A stretch of DNA of 64,000 nucleotides from Nostoc sp. DedSLP01 (lineage in GTDB: Bacteria > Cyanobacteriota > Cyanobacteriia > Cyanobacteriales > Nostocaceae). The stretch covers positions 227,552 through 291,551 of the forward strand of contig JAVRCJ020000006.1 in the NCBI GenBank assembly GCA_034530875.2. Direction: 5' to 3'. The notes under the pieces were generated by a model. That model ran no database searches and was not told the origin of the DNA. It worked only from the letters and a program-made list of their open reading frames with translations. The position numbers were made by a program, and so were the translations under genes. Shown one piece after another: positions 50,979-61,525 of the stretch (its first letter is position 1; every line of letters starts with the position of its first letter).

Positions 50979-53900
50979 GCCGTTTTGGTTTTTTCCCTGT
51001 TCGCTTCAATGTCAATTTTCCTTTTTTATACTCAAATTCTCTCCAAGCATATTTATCTGTAAGTAAGTAAACTTTGCTGACTGTTAGCTGGCTGAGAACT
51101 AAATTTTGTTTTTTCTGTGTCGAAACAGCAGAGCTTGATAAGAAGCAAACTTCACCTGACTGCCAACCAACTGGCTCATTCTCGTAGAGGACGGCAACAA
51201 CCTCAGTATTTCCTGAAAGCCCAGGTAACAATAAATGAGCCAAAGTATCTAGACCTGCTTTGATGACTCCATTTTTAAAGGCAAGATAGTCTGCAATAGT
51301 GCGATGAACTATATCCGACTCTGGTGGTTCATATTGAAAGCCCTCTTGCCATATCCGTAGAAGCTTACCATAATTGCCCTCCTCTTCGTTATATTTCCCG
51401 CCTTTACAGTTGACAGCATATCTCAGGTCAAAACCTTGCAATCCATTACCCAAATCCTTAGGTGGACAATTTAGCCAGTACCAGTCGCGCAGTAAAGCAA
51501 GTGAAGATGCATGGAAAGCATACGCATGATGAATGAAGGGCGCTCGATCCCAGGTTACACCCTCAGGATCGGCTCTCCAGTCCCAAGCAAAAACAATAAC
51601 AAAGTCGGTTCGAGGATGAATGTCTTTCCTTAAAGTATCAAAATTAGCAGACTTTTCTTCAGCAATAGTTTGAAGGCATTTAACCTCAACCCGAAGACCG
51701 CGAGAGCCTGAAGATGTGCGAACTTCTAAATCAGGGAAACGGTTAGCCACAACGTAACTCCAGAAAATATCTTCAATCTCGTAATCTTCAAGAATGCGAG
51801 TTGCCAAACGCGCTAATTCATATTCGATGATTAGACTCACGCGATTGCGTACATCAGTAAGGTTTCTCTCATTTTCTGGAATTTTCTCCCCAGCATATAT
51901 ACCAAGCCTACGCCTAACGTCAGTTTCATTCAGTCTTTTAACAACTTCTGGTAAGAAAAAGTCGGTTAACCAAGACAACGTATCTAGAGGGTTGGACTCC
52001 CCTTTTAGAAAGGTTCTCAGGCTTTCAGGAGTGAACACCATTTGTTTCTTCTCAATGGGCATAAGAGATGTTGTCTTTGGGCTTCCAATAAAAGAAGAAA
52101 CCAGTTCTTGTACTGACGATGCGAGCATTGATTGAGAGCGGTCTAGAAAGCTTCCAATATCCGATTTTAGGTTATCTACTTTTTGCTGCTGACTCAAATA
52201 CCGAAGGTAAATTTCCTCCTGAACATTTTTAGGTGGAAGCGGAATCATGACTTCCAAGAGTTCTTTTGAGTTTATTCTTGGACGACCAATACCCGTGACC
52301 AAATGCCTAATTTGCCCATAAACAAAGTCAGACCTCAGCAAAACACTTAGTATAAGAGGGTCAATGATATATGTACCATCAGCCTCTTTCTTGACGGTCA
52401 AAACTGAGCATTCTGAGGATACAAAACCTGACTCTGGGAAGCTCATTAATACAACTTTTCGCAAGTTTGGACGCATTTTTGCAAAAATAATATCACCAGG
52501 TTGGTACATTTTAACTGAGCTTTTCAGTGAGTCAGCAGGTGTTGGCTCTTGTTCAAACCGTCCAGTATTTGATTCAATATTTGCTAACCCTGTATATCTA
52601 ATAATTGCGCCAGAGAGTTGCTTGCATGGGGTAACGGAGACATTTATTTCTGTACAAATATCGGCTAAACGCTTTAATGGATAAATACAACTAGCAATTA
52701 ACTCTTGGCTTTTTCTTCTAGATGGGTGATGATACTGAAAATCAATACGATATCCATTACTCGCTTGAAAACAATTAGAATAAACATCAGCAATATAGAT
52801 GTTTTCTGATTCATCAACTCTACTTTTGTTAAGATATTGATGCCAAGCATTCAATATTGAGGGAAGATCGCTATTGAGATAACTTTTACCATCAACCTCG
52901 TAACGAATATCTTCATCCCCACTTGTTTTACGTCCAACTTTATCCGCTTTAGCAAAAAAAACTGAATAATTGCGATCGTTGGATATTTTTTTAGACATTA
53001 TTAAAATCGAAGCATTCACTGTAGCATAAGGCATGAATGCTGTTTCAGGCAGACTGATAACAGCTTTTATATCAAAGTTTTTGATAATAAACTGTCTAAC
53101 ATCAGTTGCATGAGATAAGTTCAAAACACCTTCATCAAGAATTATGGCAAGTGTACCCTTTTCGCGTAAAAGAGCATGACAGCGTTCAATAAACAGAATT
53201 CCACGCCGACGAGATAATTTGCCCGATCCTAATTCAAATGTTTTTAAAACATTAGCCTCAGTAAAATCACTGCCAAATGGTGGATTAGTGATTATCGTAT
53301 CGAAACATGAAAATAATTGTTTGGCTTGCTCACCAAGAGTACCCCCAGAAGGGAGAAACACTGTACGAATGTTTTTTGCTCCGTGAAGAAGCATATTAAT
53401 TCCCGAAACCCAAGACAGTCGCTCGTCAATCTCAATACTTGTAAGAGATGAATAATTTATTTGATGCCTTGCAATGCTAGAGAGAAATCCACCCGTCCCG
53501 GATGCTGGGTCACATATATCACCTTTAATGTAAGACTGGCAAGCAGAGATAATAAAATCAACAATATGAGGCGGAGTGAAAAACTGTTGATGATCGCCTT
53601 TGTCAAAAGTATTGCGAACAACTTCTTCGTAAGCTAATCCCTTCACATCAAATTGTGTAGACGCAAAGTTGAAAGATTGAAGGGCTAAGACAGATTTAAC
53701 AATTACACTATCAGAACAATTAAGCTCACTAAACCGTTTTGGAATCAGGTTGCTGTGCTGGTGTGCAAGATGCTGATAGTATTTTCTGACGACGCAGGGA
53801 TTTACAGGAAGCTCAGAAGGGGCAAAGGCTGTGGATACCCCACTGTTATGAGTCTTATCGGACAAAATCTTGGCGAAAACCAGTTTAGTGATTTCGTCAA

Positions 53901-54114
53901 AACGGCTGATGATGTTGCTCTGGCTATCATTGTCACGGAGAATGTCATGGAGCCGAGATACCAGTAGACGAATGCTTCTGAAGTCAAACACGTATGAGGA
54001 CATGAAATCTGTCTTCTGTGAAAATAGCTCAAGCTGCTGTTGAAACTGCTTAGATGCAGCAGTTTCAACAGAAGTAACATGTTGCAGAGCTTTGCTCGAT
54101 AAGAATTTGGACAT
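50953..54114 (-). CDS. Fused N6-adenine methyltransferase + single TRD (HsdS-like) + C-terminal putative PD-(D/E)xK nuclease
   Basis: QFFTPPHIV, DPASGTGGFL, ITNPPFG; TRD motifs GDIIFAKMRPNLRK and IPLPPKNVQEEI; C-terminal E...FPDLEV...VEVK. Confidence 0.85.
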   Translation of the reverse strand: MSKFLSSKALQHVTSVETAASKQFQQQLELFSQKTDFMSSYVFDFRSIRLLVSRLHDILRDNDSQSNIISRFDEITKLVFAKILSDKTHNSGVSTAFAPSELPVNPCVVRKYYQHLAHQHSNLIPKRFSELNCSDSVIVKSVLALQSFNFASTQFDVKGLAYEEVVRNTFDKGDHQQFFTPPHIVDFIISACQSYIKGDICDPASGTGGFLSSIARHQINYSSLTSIEIDERLSWVSGINMLLHGAKNIRTVFLPSGGTLGEQAKQLFSCFDTIITNPPFGSDFTEANVLKTFELGSGKLSRRRGILFIERCHALLREKGTLAIILDEGVLNLSHATDVRQFIIKNFDIKAVISLPETAFMPYATVNASILIMSKKISNDRNYSVFFAKADKVGRKTSGDEDIRYEVDGKSYLNSDLPSILNAWHQYLNKSRVDESENIYIADVYSNCFQASNGYRIDFQYHHPSRRKSQELIASCIYPLKRLADICTEINVSVTPCKQLSGAIIRYTGLANIESNTGRFEQEPTPADSLKSSVKMYQPGDIIFAKMRPNLRKVVLMSFPESGFVSSECSVLTVKKEADGTYIIDPLILSVLLRSDFVYGQIRHLVTGIGRPRINSKELLEVMIPLPPKNVQEEIYLRYLSQQQKVDNLKSDIGSFLDRSQSMLASSVQELVSSFIGSPKTTSLMPIEKKQMVFTPESLRTFLKGESNPLDTLSWLTDFFLPEVVKRLNETDVRRRLGIYAGEKIPENERNLTDVRNRVSLIIEYELARLATRILEDYEIEDIFWSYVVANRFPDLEVRTSSGSRGLRVEVKCLQTIAEEKSANFDTLRKDIHPRTDFVIVFAWDWRADPEGVTWDRAPFIHHAYAFHASSLALLRDWYWLNCPPKDLGNGLQGFDLRYAVNCKGGKYNEEEGNYGKLLRIWQEGFQYEPPESDIVHRTIADYLAFKNGVIKAGLDTLAHLLLPGLSGNTEVVAVLYENEPVGWQSGEVCFLSSSAVSTQKKQNLVLSQLTVSKVYLLTDKYAWREFEYKKGKLTLKRTGKKPKRLIQENQTQ

Positions 54115-54266
54115 GGCAGAACATGATAAAACTTTATTGTGAGTCAAAAGACCATATTCTCTTAGCAAGCTATTTAGAGTGATTGCTGGAATCGAAGTAG
54201 GTTAAAACTTTGAAGATTACCTTACAGGTTCTTTTCATCTCTTGGATATAACTTAGTATTTAATAT

Positions 54267-54307
54267 TGTCAATTGTCTGTAGACAAGTGTCAACTGTCTG
54301 TAGACAA
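54267..54307. promoter_or_regulatory. Tandem palindromic operator between the R-M gene and the HTH gene
   Basis: TGTCAATTGTCTGTAGACAA and TGTCAACTGTCTGTAGACAA (19/20 identical, 21-bp period), each containing TGTCT-gt-AGACA. Confidence 0.75.
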
Positions 54308-54349
54308 ATTACACTAAAATTATGATTTGGAGTTTACCTCATAACAGTA

Positions 54350-54589
54350 GTGCAAGTTAAGCGAGTAGTGGAAGTGGTGCAGGACTTTCCAGATATTGGA
54401 AAGCGGATAAAGCAGGCTAGGGAGAGAGATGAACGGTCTCTATCCCAAATTTGCCGGGAGTCTGGTATTAGTCGGGCCTATTGGTATCAATTAGAATCTG
54501 AAAACTTGAGAGCGCCTGTAACAGAAGCAATGATTCGTAAGATTGAAGCAGTTCTAAGTGTTGACTTAGGGGTAAAGTTTAATGGATAA
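54350..54589 (+). CDS. XRE/Cro-type helix-turn-helix regulator
   Basis: IGKRIKQARE...SLSQICRESGISRAYWYQLE...IRKIEAVL. Confidence 0.88.
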   Translation: MQVKRVVEVVQDFPDIGKRIKQARERDERSLSQICRESGISRAYWYQLESENLRAPVTEAMIRKIEAVLSVDLGVKFNG

Positions 54590-54875
54590 AAATGGATAAA
54601 TATTATAGTTAGAGATAGTAATCCTGAAGTTGTTGCCCACTAAAAATTGTTGCACGGTCATGGGTTAAAATAATTTCTCTAAAATGAGGCTCATAAGCTA
54701 ATTTACCTGATTAACTTGACGTAATGATAACTTAACTGAGGTGCTTTAAATGTACATCATTGAATCACTTAATACTAGTATAATTTTATCAATATTTTAG
54801 TATATTTTTAGTAAGTTTAGATGATAAACAGGTAAACAAAGCAGATAAAAGTGGTAATTATAGGAGATGATTTTA

Positions 54876-55487
54876 ATGGCTTACAGTGATTTTAAATTAA
54901 ATGAAGTCATCCAAAAATTTGGGCTAGAAATTAATGAGCGATCGGGACTGTTTATCAATGTAAATGAAGAGAATTATAGCGACTTACTAGCAACTATTCT
55001 TCGAGAAAATGTTGATTTAGCTGTCTCTATAAATACAGAAAAAGCACGTTCTGAAATGATAATTAGTCCTATATTGCTAGAAATCAGACGTAAATTAAAT
55101 TATGAAATTAGTTTATTTTCAGGGGTTGATTTTAATGTTGATATTCCAAATGGTTTAAATGGCTTTTGTGATTTTCTCATCAGTCTATCAAAAGAACAGC
55201 TTTTTATTCGCGCACCAGTAATTACCCTTGTTGAAGCAAAAAACGAAAACCTGAAATCAGGGTTAGCTCAGTGTATAGCGGAAATGGTAGCAGCCCATTT
55301 GTTTAACGAACAACAAGGTAATTCAATTAAAATAATTTATGGTGCTGTGACTATTGGTACTATCTGGCAGTTTCTTAAACTAGAAGATAAAGTAGTTTCT
55401 ATTGATTTAAGTGAATACTACATTAAAGATATAAAAAAAATTTTAGGTATTTTATTAAATGCAATTAAACAAAATTCAATAAGTTAA
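54876..55487 (+). CDS. Cyanobacterial restriction-endonuclease-like hypothetical protein
   Basis: NTEKARSEMIISPIL, LNGFCDFL, LVEAKNE, QCIAEMVAA, YGAVTIG. Confidence 0.8.
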   Translation: MAYSDFKLNEVIQKFGLEINERSGLFINVNEENYSDLLATILRENVDLAVSINTEKARSEMIISPILLEIRRKLNYEISLFSGVDFNVDIPNGLNGFCDFLISLSKEQLFIRAPVITLVEAKNENLKSGLAQCIAEMVAAHLFNEQQGNSIKIIYGAVTIGTIWQFLKLEDKVVSIDLSEYYIKDIKKILGILLNAIKQNSIS

Positions 55488-56167
55488 AACATCTATATTA
55501 ACAATTAAAAACTCATGCATTAAAGACATTTTCAGCCCTTGGATTTAAACTCCTACTGAAAATATACTACGTATAGATGTGGGGGTCTTAACCCCTGGGA
55601 TTTACGATAAATGATGCTATATATTAAACCTATGCATTAAACAAAACAATAAATTGCCAAAAGATATCGTACTACCATTTAGTAGCGATCGCAGCTTCAT
55701 AAATGAGGCGTGTAGTTACTAATGCGATCGCGTTATGGATACGGAAATAATCTTTACTCATCAAACTCTGCAAATGTAACAGAATTTTCACTACTGAGAG
55801 TCTTAGTACAAAAAGTTACATTTTAGCTATGGCTCAAGAATACTAATTGTGCTGTATGACACAGTAGTGATTCAGCTGACACATAACTAAATTTTTCCAG
55901 TAGATTTTGCTTTATCAATTCTGATTTAAATACTTATTTGAAAAAAATAAATGTACATCATCCAAATAGCTGATAACAGCATAGATTTCACTATATCTTT
56001 AGGTAGATTTTTCGCAAATTTGGGTGATAAACGGCTAAAAAAAGCAGACATTAATTTAAAAACTAAGGCTGACGTTAATTTATTCGTTGTAACTCCTATT
56101 TATTGGCGATAACATGGAAATAAGTTTACTAAAAGCTTCTTAAACCGCGTTTGATTTCAGTTTTTTT

Positions 56168-56434
56168 ATGGACATTCAGCTAATCAATATTGGCTTTGGC
56201 AACATCGTCTCCGCCAACCGAGTAGTTGCAATTGTCAGTCCAGAGTCTGCCCCGATTAAGCGGATTATTACCGATGCACGGGATAGAGGTCAACTGATTG
56301 ATGCAACATACGGACGGCGAACTCGGGCTGTAATTATCACTGATTCCAGCCATGTAATTCTGTCAGCAATTCAACCGGAAACGGTAGCGAATCGCTTTGT
56401 AATCTCCCGCGAGCATCAGACTGTAGATAATTGA
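56168..56434 (+). CDS. remA: RemA/DUF370 family protein
   Basis: [26 protein letters not shown]; upstream of gmk. Confidence 0.93.
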   Translation: MDIQLINIGFGNIVSANRVVAIVSPESAPIKRIITDARDRGQLIDATYGRRTRAVIITDSSHVILSAIQPETVANRFVISREHQTVDN

Positions 56435-56603
56435 CCTAGTAGTGGGTTAAAAACTCTGCTCTATTTGCAACGTATCCGCAGTAACATGTGAATTAGATCG
56501 ATTATTAGTCACCAATGCTACAAATCTCGGAGCCAATGGTGAGCTTGGCCAGGAATACAAGGCTAAGAAATAATATTTATTGATTAATTCACAGGTTAAA
56601 CGG

Positions 56604-57203
56604 ATGATCCGAGTTTTACCCATCCAGAGTAGCGTTACTACCGAGGAATCTCTAAATCCAGGCAGGTTAATTGTTTTAACTGGTCCCAGCGGGGTCGGTA
56701 AAGGTACTTTAATGCGATCGCTCTTACAACGTCATCCGGAACTGTATTTTTCTGTATCCGCGACGACTCGTTCTCCCCGTCTGGGGGAAATTGATGGCAA
56801 AAATTATTACTTTATTAGCCGCAGTAAGTTTGAACAATTAATCGGTGAAGGTGAATTTTTAGAATGGGCAGAATTTGCTGGTAACTATTACGGTACTCCC
56901 CGTGAAGCTGTGCTTAACCAAATTAATTCTGGCAAATTAGTGGTGCTAGAAATTGAGCTAGAAGGAGCAAGACAAATTCGTGCTTCCTTTCCCACTGCCT
57001 TCAGCATTTTTATATTACCGCCTTCTTTTGAGGAATTGGAGAAACGGATACGCTCTCGCAATCAAGACTCTGAAGATGCGATCGTTCGTCGTTTGCACCG
57101 CGCTCAAGAAGAAGTTAAGGCCGCAGATGAATTTGATATTCAAATCGTTAATGACGATTTTCAAACTGCTTTAAAAGACATCGAAGCGGCTTTGTTTGGA
57201 TAA
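56604..57203 (+). CDS. gmk: Guanylate kinase
   Basis: [37 protein letters not shown]. Confidence 0.97.
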   Translation: MIRVLPIQSSVTTEESLNPGRLIVLTGPSGVGKGTLMRSLLQRHPELYFSVSATTRSPRLGEIDGKNYYFISRSKFEQLIGEGEFLEWAEFAGNYYGTPREAVLNQINSGKLVVLEIELEGARQIRASFPTAFSIFILPPSFEELEKRIRSRNQDSEDAIVRRLHRAQEEVKAADEFDIQIVNDDFQTALKDIEAALFG

Positions 57204-57315
57204 GCATTTTTAACAACATAACCACCCTTACTATTAATAAACAAAGGACACAAAGAAAAACCTCTGTGTCCTTTGTCATTTATCGTGTCTTACAAAGTTG
57301 AGGTAGCCCATTAGC

Positions 57316-57405
57316 AGGTTTCCCCGCTTAGAGGAATTGCCGTTGACCCATTGCGTTCGCCGGATCTCCCGGCTCCTTCAGTGGGATCTCAATAGCTGGA
57401 AACCT
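57316..57405. other. 90-nt structured intergenic element of unknown function
   Basis: AGGTTTCC/GGAAACCT ends, inner TTGACCCA/TGGGATCTCAA pairing and a GCCGG-ATCTC-CCGGC hairpin. Confidence 0.6.
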
Positions 57406-57515
57406 TGGAAGAGACTTAGCTTTGGTCATTATCATTTACCATTTTTTGTTAGTAACTACTAACTAGTACTAGCTACCAATAGCTAATGACTAATGACCAA
57501 TGACTAACGACTAAA

Positions 57516-58037
57516 TTAACCAAATAAACCTTGAATTAATGCGAGGTTACCAGCCAAAAAGTAAGCAACTACAGCACCACCAATACCACCAATTAAGAAA
57601 GAACTGGCAAAGTTATTCCAGCTTTCTTTAGAATTAAAAGCATCTGATGGAGGGTTGGGTACGGTAACGCTAGGAAGTGCTTTTGGAGGATTGCTATTGG
57701 CATATAAGGACAAAGCACCGGTCAAAACAACAATTAAACCGATCGCTCCTAATAATCCAGCTAAATTAGCATTAGCTGTATCCCGCAGTGGACCCAATTT
57801 CGCAAAGGGACCGAACACCCAGTAACCATGAGCCATACCAATTTCTAACGCACGTCTGGCAGGAGTTATACCAGGACGATAAGCAGGCAGGTTATTAATA
57901 AACCACTTGCTCAAGGGAGAAGAATTAATTGGAGTTTCTAGGTTACCTACTTGAGGATTGCCGAATGCAGGAAAAACAACTTCGCGATTTCTTGGATCGC
58001 TGGGGAGATTTTTGGATGCATCTACTGCTTGCGCCAT
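57516..58037 (-). CDS. psaL: Photosystem I subunit XI
   Basis: GNLETPINSS, FINNLPAYR, LEIGMAHGY, GPLRD. Confidence 0.97.
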   Translation of the reverse strand: MAQAVDASKNLPSDPRNREVVFPAFGNPQVGNLETPINSSPLSKWFINNLPAYRPGITPARRALEIGMAHGYWVFGPFAKLGPLRDTANANLAGLLGAIGLIVVLTGALSLYANSNPPKALPSVTVPNPPSDAFNSKESWNNFASSFLIGGIGGAVVAYFLAGNLALIQGLFG

Positions 58038-58212
58038 ATTTTTATGTTCGCCTTTGAATTAAAATGGTGGCCTTTTTATATTAATAATAATTGTAGCTAA
58101 ATATGTCTTTTGCTTAGGAAATTTAAAAAAATTAATTTAGCTTTTTTTAAACCTGTGAAACTCGCAATATATAAATAGAATCACGAGTTTCAAAAAATAT
58201 TTTTATTGCTTA

Positions 58213-58282
58213 TTGTAGGTGACAATTTTGTTTAGTTAGTCTATTTTGACTAACTAAACAATTTTAGATAATTGCCCTACAA
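58213..58282. terminator. Long hairpin 3' of psaJ (terminator or mRNA stabiliser)
   Basis: TTGTAGG...TTGTTTAGTTAGTC-loop-GACTAACTAAACAA...CCTACAA. Confidence 0.6.
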
Positions 58283-58295
58283 TCTCATTTTCAAC

Positions 58296-58445
58296 TTATG
58301 GTAGTGGGTGGAAAAGTAGATCCGGGAAAAAGCGGTTGAATTCAATCAAAATCCCTGCGGTGATTGTCAGCCATATAGTAGCTGCAACTGGCGCTGTGGA
58401 AATAAATTTCACCAAGTAGGATGAGTTGTCAGTTTTTTCTGCCAT
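58296..58445 (-). CDS. psaJ: Photosystem I subunit IX (absent from the ORF track)
   Basis: Hand translation: [57 protein letters not shown]. Confidence 0.96.
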   Translation of the reverse strand: MAEKTDNSSYLVKFISTAPVAATIWLTITAGILIEFNRFFPDLLFHPLP

Positions 58446-58482
58446 GAATTTAGCCTCCAAACAAATGAATTAATGAAATCGT

Positions 58483-58977
58483 TTAGCGTGGCGAAACAGG
58501 AATTTCGGAATCTTTGGCTGCTAATTTACCAGAGGTTAATTCTTGGATTGCTGCTAGCGGCCAAGTAAAGCCTGTGGCCATGATGGGTAGTGCCAAACCC
58601 AAATCGATTTGGATTTCTTTTTGTTCGGGATCGGCTTCCTTTTTGATCGCTTGCAGATAGGTACGACCTACCCAGCCAATCCAGCCAGTAATATATAAAA
58701 ATAGAATGCTGGGGATCAAGAAATCACCAGCACGATCTAAACGACCATCAACAATCAAGTGGGGGTAACCTTCAGGACCGCACAGTGCTTGAGAATAACG
58801 CTCAAAACGTTTTTGGCCTGATTGTGGGTCACTGGTAGTATTACGGGCATTAGCTGCTAGCTGTTGAAAAGCAGGATTGTCTTTACAAGGTGTCAAATTA
58901 GCCCCTAGAGCTTGTGCTGGGGGGGCAAAATTGCACCACAGACAAATCGCTAAAATCAAAGCAAACAATCGTCGCAT
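58483..58977 (-). CDS. psaF: Photosystem I subunit III
   Basis: MRRLFALIL signal, [36 protein letters not shown]. Confidence 0.97.
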   Translation of the reverse strand: MRRLFALILAICLWCNFAPPAQALGANLTPCKDNPAFQQLAANARNTTSDPQSGQKRFERYSQALCGPEGYPHLIVDGRLDRAGDFLIPSILFLYITGWIGWVGRTYLQAIKKEADPEQKEIQIDLGLALPIMATGFTWPLAAIQELTSGKLAAKDSEIPVSPR

Positions 58978-59286
58978 AGAGTGTTTCCTTTTATTACAAA
59001 ACAAAAAGTTCTTTGTACAAAACGAAGCGGCTTGTACAGTCTTTATTTGCATAACTAGGAAGTCATCATACTCTTGGGCGGGAACCGAGTAAAGTTTCAG
59101 TAAATAAAAGTTAAAGCTTCTCAACCAAGATGAGTGATGAGTAGGGAGTGGTGAGTGGGGAGTAGTGAGTGAGAACTCCTAAGCATATTAATTCTTGTAG
59201 TAGGGTAGTAAGCAAGCACGATTTTGTCTGTGCTAGTCAAAACTCCGAGTTTGTAACTCCCTACTCCCTATTCCCCACGACTTTCC

Positions 59287-60324
59287 ATGACAACCGTTTT
59301 AGCAATAGAAACCAGCTGCGATGAAACTGCTGTCGCAATTGTGAATAATCGTGAAGTTTGCAGCAGCATTATCGCCTCGCAAATCCCAGTCCATCAGCAA
59401 TATGGTGGGGTAGTGCCAGAAGTGGCGTCCCGGCAACACTTGGAAACGATCGATCGAGCGATCGCTCAAGCTCTAGAACAAGCCAAACTAGACTGGGAAC
59501 AAATTGATGGAATTGCCGCCACTTGCGCCCCTGGACTCGTAGGAGCGCTGCTGGTGGGATTAACTGCTGCCAAAACCCTAGCTATGGTACGCAACAAGCC
59601 TTTTTTGGGAGTCCACCATCTCGAAGGTCACATTTACGCAACTTACTTGAGCGAGCCAAGTTTAAATCCCCCTTTTCTTAGCTTACTGGTTTCAGGCGGA
59701 CATACAAGCTTGATTTATGTTAAAGATTGTGGTAATTACGAAACGCTAGGACAAACTCGCGATGATGCTGCGGGTGAAGCCTTTGATAAAGTGGCGCGAT
59801 TATTAAAATTGGGTTATCCTGGCGGCCCAGTAATTGACAAACTCGCACAGCAAGGAAATCCCCAAGCCTTCGTTTTACCAGAAGGAAAAGTTTCCTTACC
59901 TGGGGGCGGGTTTCATCGTTATGATGCCAGTTTTAGCGGCTTAAAAACGGCTGTATTGCGTTTGGTACAGCAATTAGAGAAAGATGGCAAAGTGCCAGTG
60001 GCAGATGTGGCAGCTAGCTTTCAGGATACTGTAGCGCGATCGCTAACCAAAAGAGCGATCGCCTGTGCCCTAGACTATGGTCTAGATACAATTGCCGTTG
60101 GCGGCGGTGTCGCAGCCAATAGCGGCCTGAGAAAAAAACTCCAAGCCGCCGCCATTGAACATAACCTACGCGTCCTATTTCCGCCTTTAAAATTCTGTAC
60201 CGACAACGCCGCCATGATTGGCTGCGCCGCCGCCGACCACCTATCCTCCGGTCATACTTCTCCCCTGACATTAGGCGTTGAATCTAGATTAGCCCTGAAT
60301 CAGGTGATGAAATTGTATCAATGA
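59287..60324 (+). CDS. tsaD: tRNA N6-adenosine threonylcarbamoyltransferase
   Basis: [44 protein letters not shown]. Confidence 0.97.
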   Translation: MTTVLAIETSCDETAVAIVNNREVCSSIIASQIPVHQQYGGVVPEVASRQHLETIDRAIAQALEQAKLDWEQIDGIAATCAPGLVGALLVGLTAAKTLAMVRNKPFLGVHHLEGHIYATYLSEPSLNPPFLSLLVSGGHTSLIYVKDCGNYETLGQTRDDAAGEAFDKVARLLKLGYPGGPVIDKLAQQGNPQAFVLPEGKVSLPGGGFHRYDASFSGLKTAVLRLVQQLEKDGKVPVADVAASFQDTVARSLTKRAIACALDYGLDTIAVGGGVAANSGLRKKLQAAAIEHNLRVLFPPLKFCTDNAAMIGCAAADHLSSGHTSPLTLGVESRLALNQVMKLYQ

Positions 60325-60491
60325 TGAGGTTGGGGACTGGTGACTGGGCATTGGGCAAAACCCTTCAGGTAGGGAAAAGGGGTAAATATTAGGTGATGTA
60401 TGTGAAAGGTAAAAGGGATGTATGTAGGGTTTATTCCCTTTCCCCTTTGGTGTTGCCAACCCCCTAGTCACCAGTCCCCAGTCCCCAGCCC

Positions 60492-61403
60492 CTATTCACT
60501 CTTAACAATCGACCGAATAAAATCAGCTACCGCTTCTGGCTGCTCTAACATCGCCAAGTGTCCGCAATTAGGAATTTCTAAAACATTGTCACCGCAGTAT
60601 TGAAACAGTCTGTGAAAGCTAGCTAAGTGACGGACATATTTCGGTTCCATAACTTTGTCTTGAGCACCAGCCAAAAAATAAACTGGCTGCTTGAGTTGGG
60701 ATACTAACTCTGGTAACCGATTGATTTCTTCTTCAGTTGTAGAATCTAACAAAGCTCCCAGCGCCGCTTCTGGGTCAGCCACGACAAAATCAATCACTCG
60801 CTGACGTGCCCAATAGCGTTCTAAAGGACGTGCCACACTAGCTCTGGTAAATAACAAATCAATCAAAGGCACTTGGGACAGCCAACGCGGGCGGATTTGC
60901 AAAAATTTCTGACCCGCCGAGCGAAACTGCTCAAAAGCTTCTTTGAGGTAAATACCGCCACCAGCGTTGATACAGATAACTCCCTTAACGCACTCAGGTA
61001 TTCGATCTGCTCCCCATAGAGCGATCGTACCTCCCAAAGAGTGACCAATTAGCCAAGCACTAGTAATATTTAGCTGTTCCAGAAGAATTGCTAAATCTTC
61101 AGCATAAGCAGCAGGAGTATAAAGAGAATCGAAAGGCGAGCTAAACCCACCACTGGAGATGGGCGTCAAACTCACAGACGTTTGTGCCCGACTAAAATCG
61201 CTTTTTACCTGGGACTGGGATTCACCAAAACCCCGCAAATCATAGGACAGGCACTGCAAATCATCTGATAGGCGGGAAATCACAGGTTGCCAATATCCAC
61301 GGCTATTAAGCCAACCGTGGATAAATACTAAAGCATGGGGGCAGGAAGTAGGAGCCGTTAGCTCGTATGCGTGTGGAACGCCCAAGATTTCAATAGTTGC
61401 CAT
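60492..61403 (-). CDS. Alpha/beta fold hydrolase
   Basis: FIHGW, YDLRGFGES, GHSLGG, CGHLAMLEQP. Confidence 0.92.
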   Translation of the reverse strand: MATIEILGVPHAYELTAPTSCPHALVFIHGWLNSRGYWQPVISRLSDDLQCLSYDLRGFGESQSQVKSDFSRAQTSVSLTPISSGGFSSPFDSLYTPAAYAEDLAILLEQLNITSAWLIGHSLGGTIALWGADRIPECVKGVICINAGGGIYLKEAFEQFRSAGQKFLQIRPRWLSQVPLIDLLFTRASVARPLERYWARQRVIDFVVADPEAALGALLDSTTEEEINRLPELVSQLKQPVYFLAGAQDKVMEPKYVRHLASFHRLFQYCGDNVLEIPNCGHLAMLEQPEAVADFIRSIVKSE

Positions 61404-61525
61404 ACTTATATCGTACCCCTAAGGGCGGGTGCGACTAAATACGAAGTGTCAGGAGTTAAGAGTGAGTAGTGAAGAGTGAGGAGTGAAAACGAGGAGTGAG
61501 TAATAACTTCTAACTCCTAACTTTT

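Noticed and set aside
55806..55819. NtcA box GTA-N8-TAC upstream of remA
   Set aside because: Short motif with no correctly spaced TAN3T -10 element
57340..57385. Hammerhead ribozyme (minus strand CTGAAGGA...GAAC)
   Set aside because: The core has an extra base, GAAC instead of GAAA, and no clear third stem or NUH site; kept only as an unexplained structure
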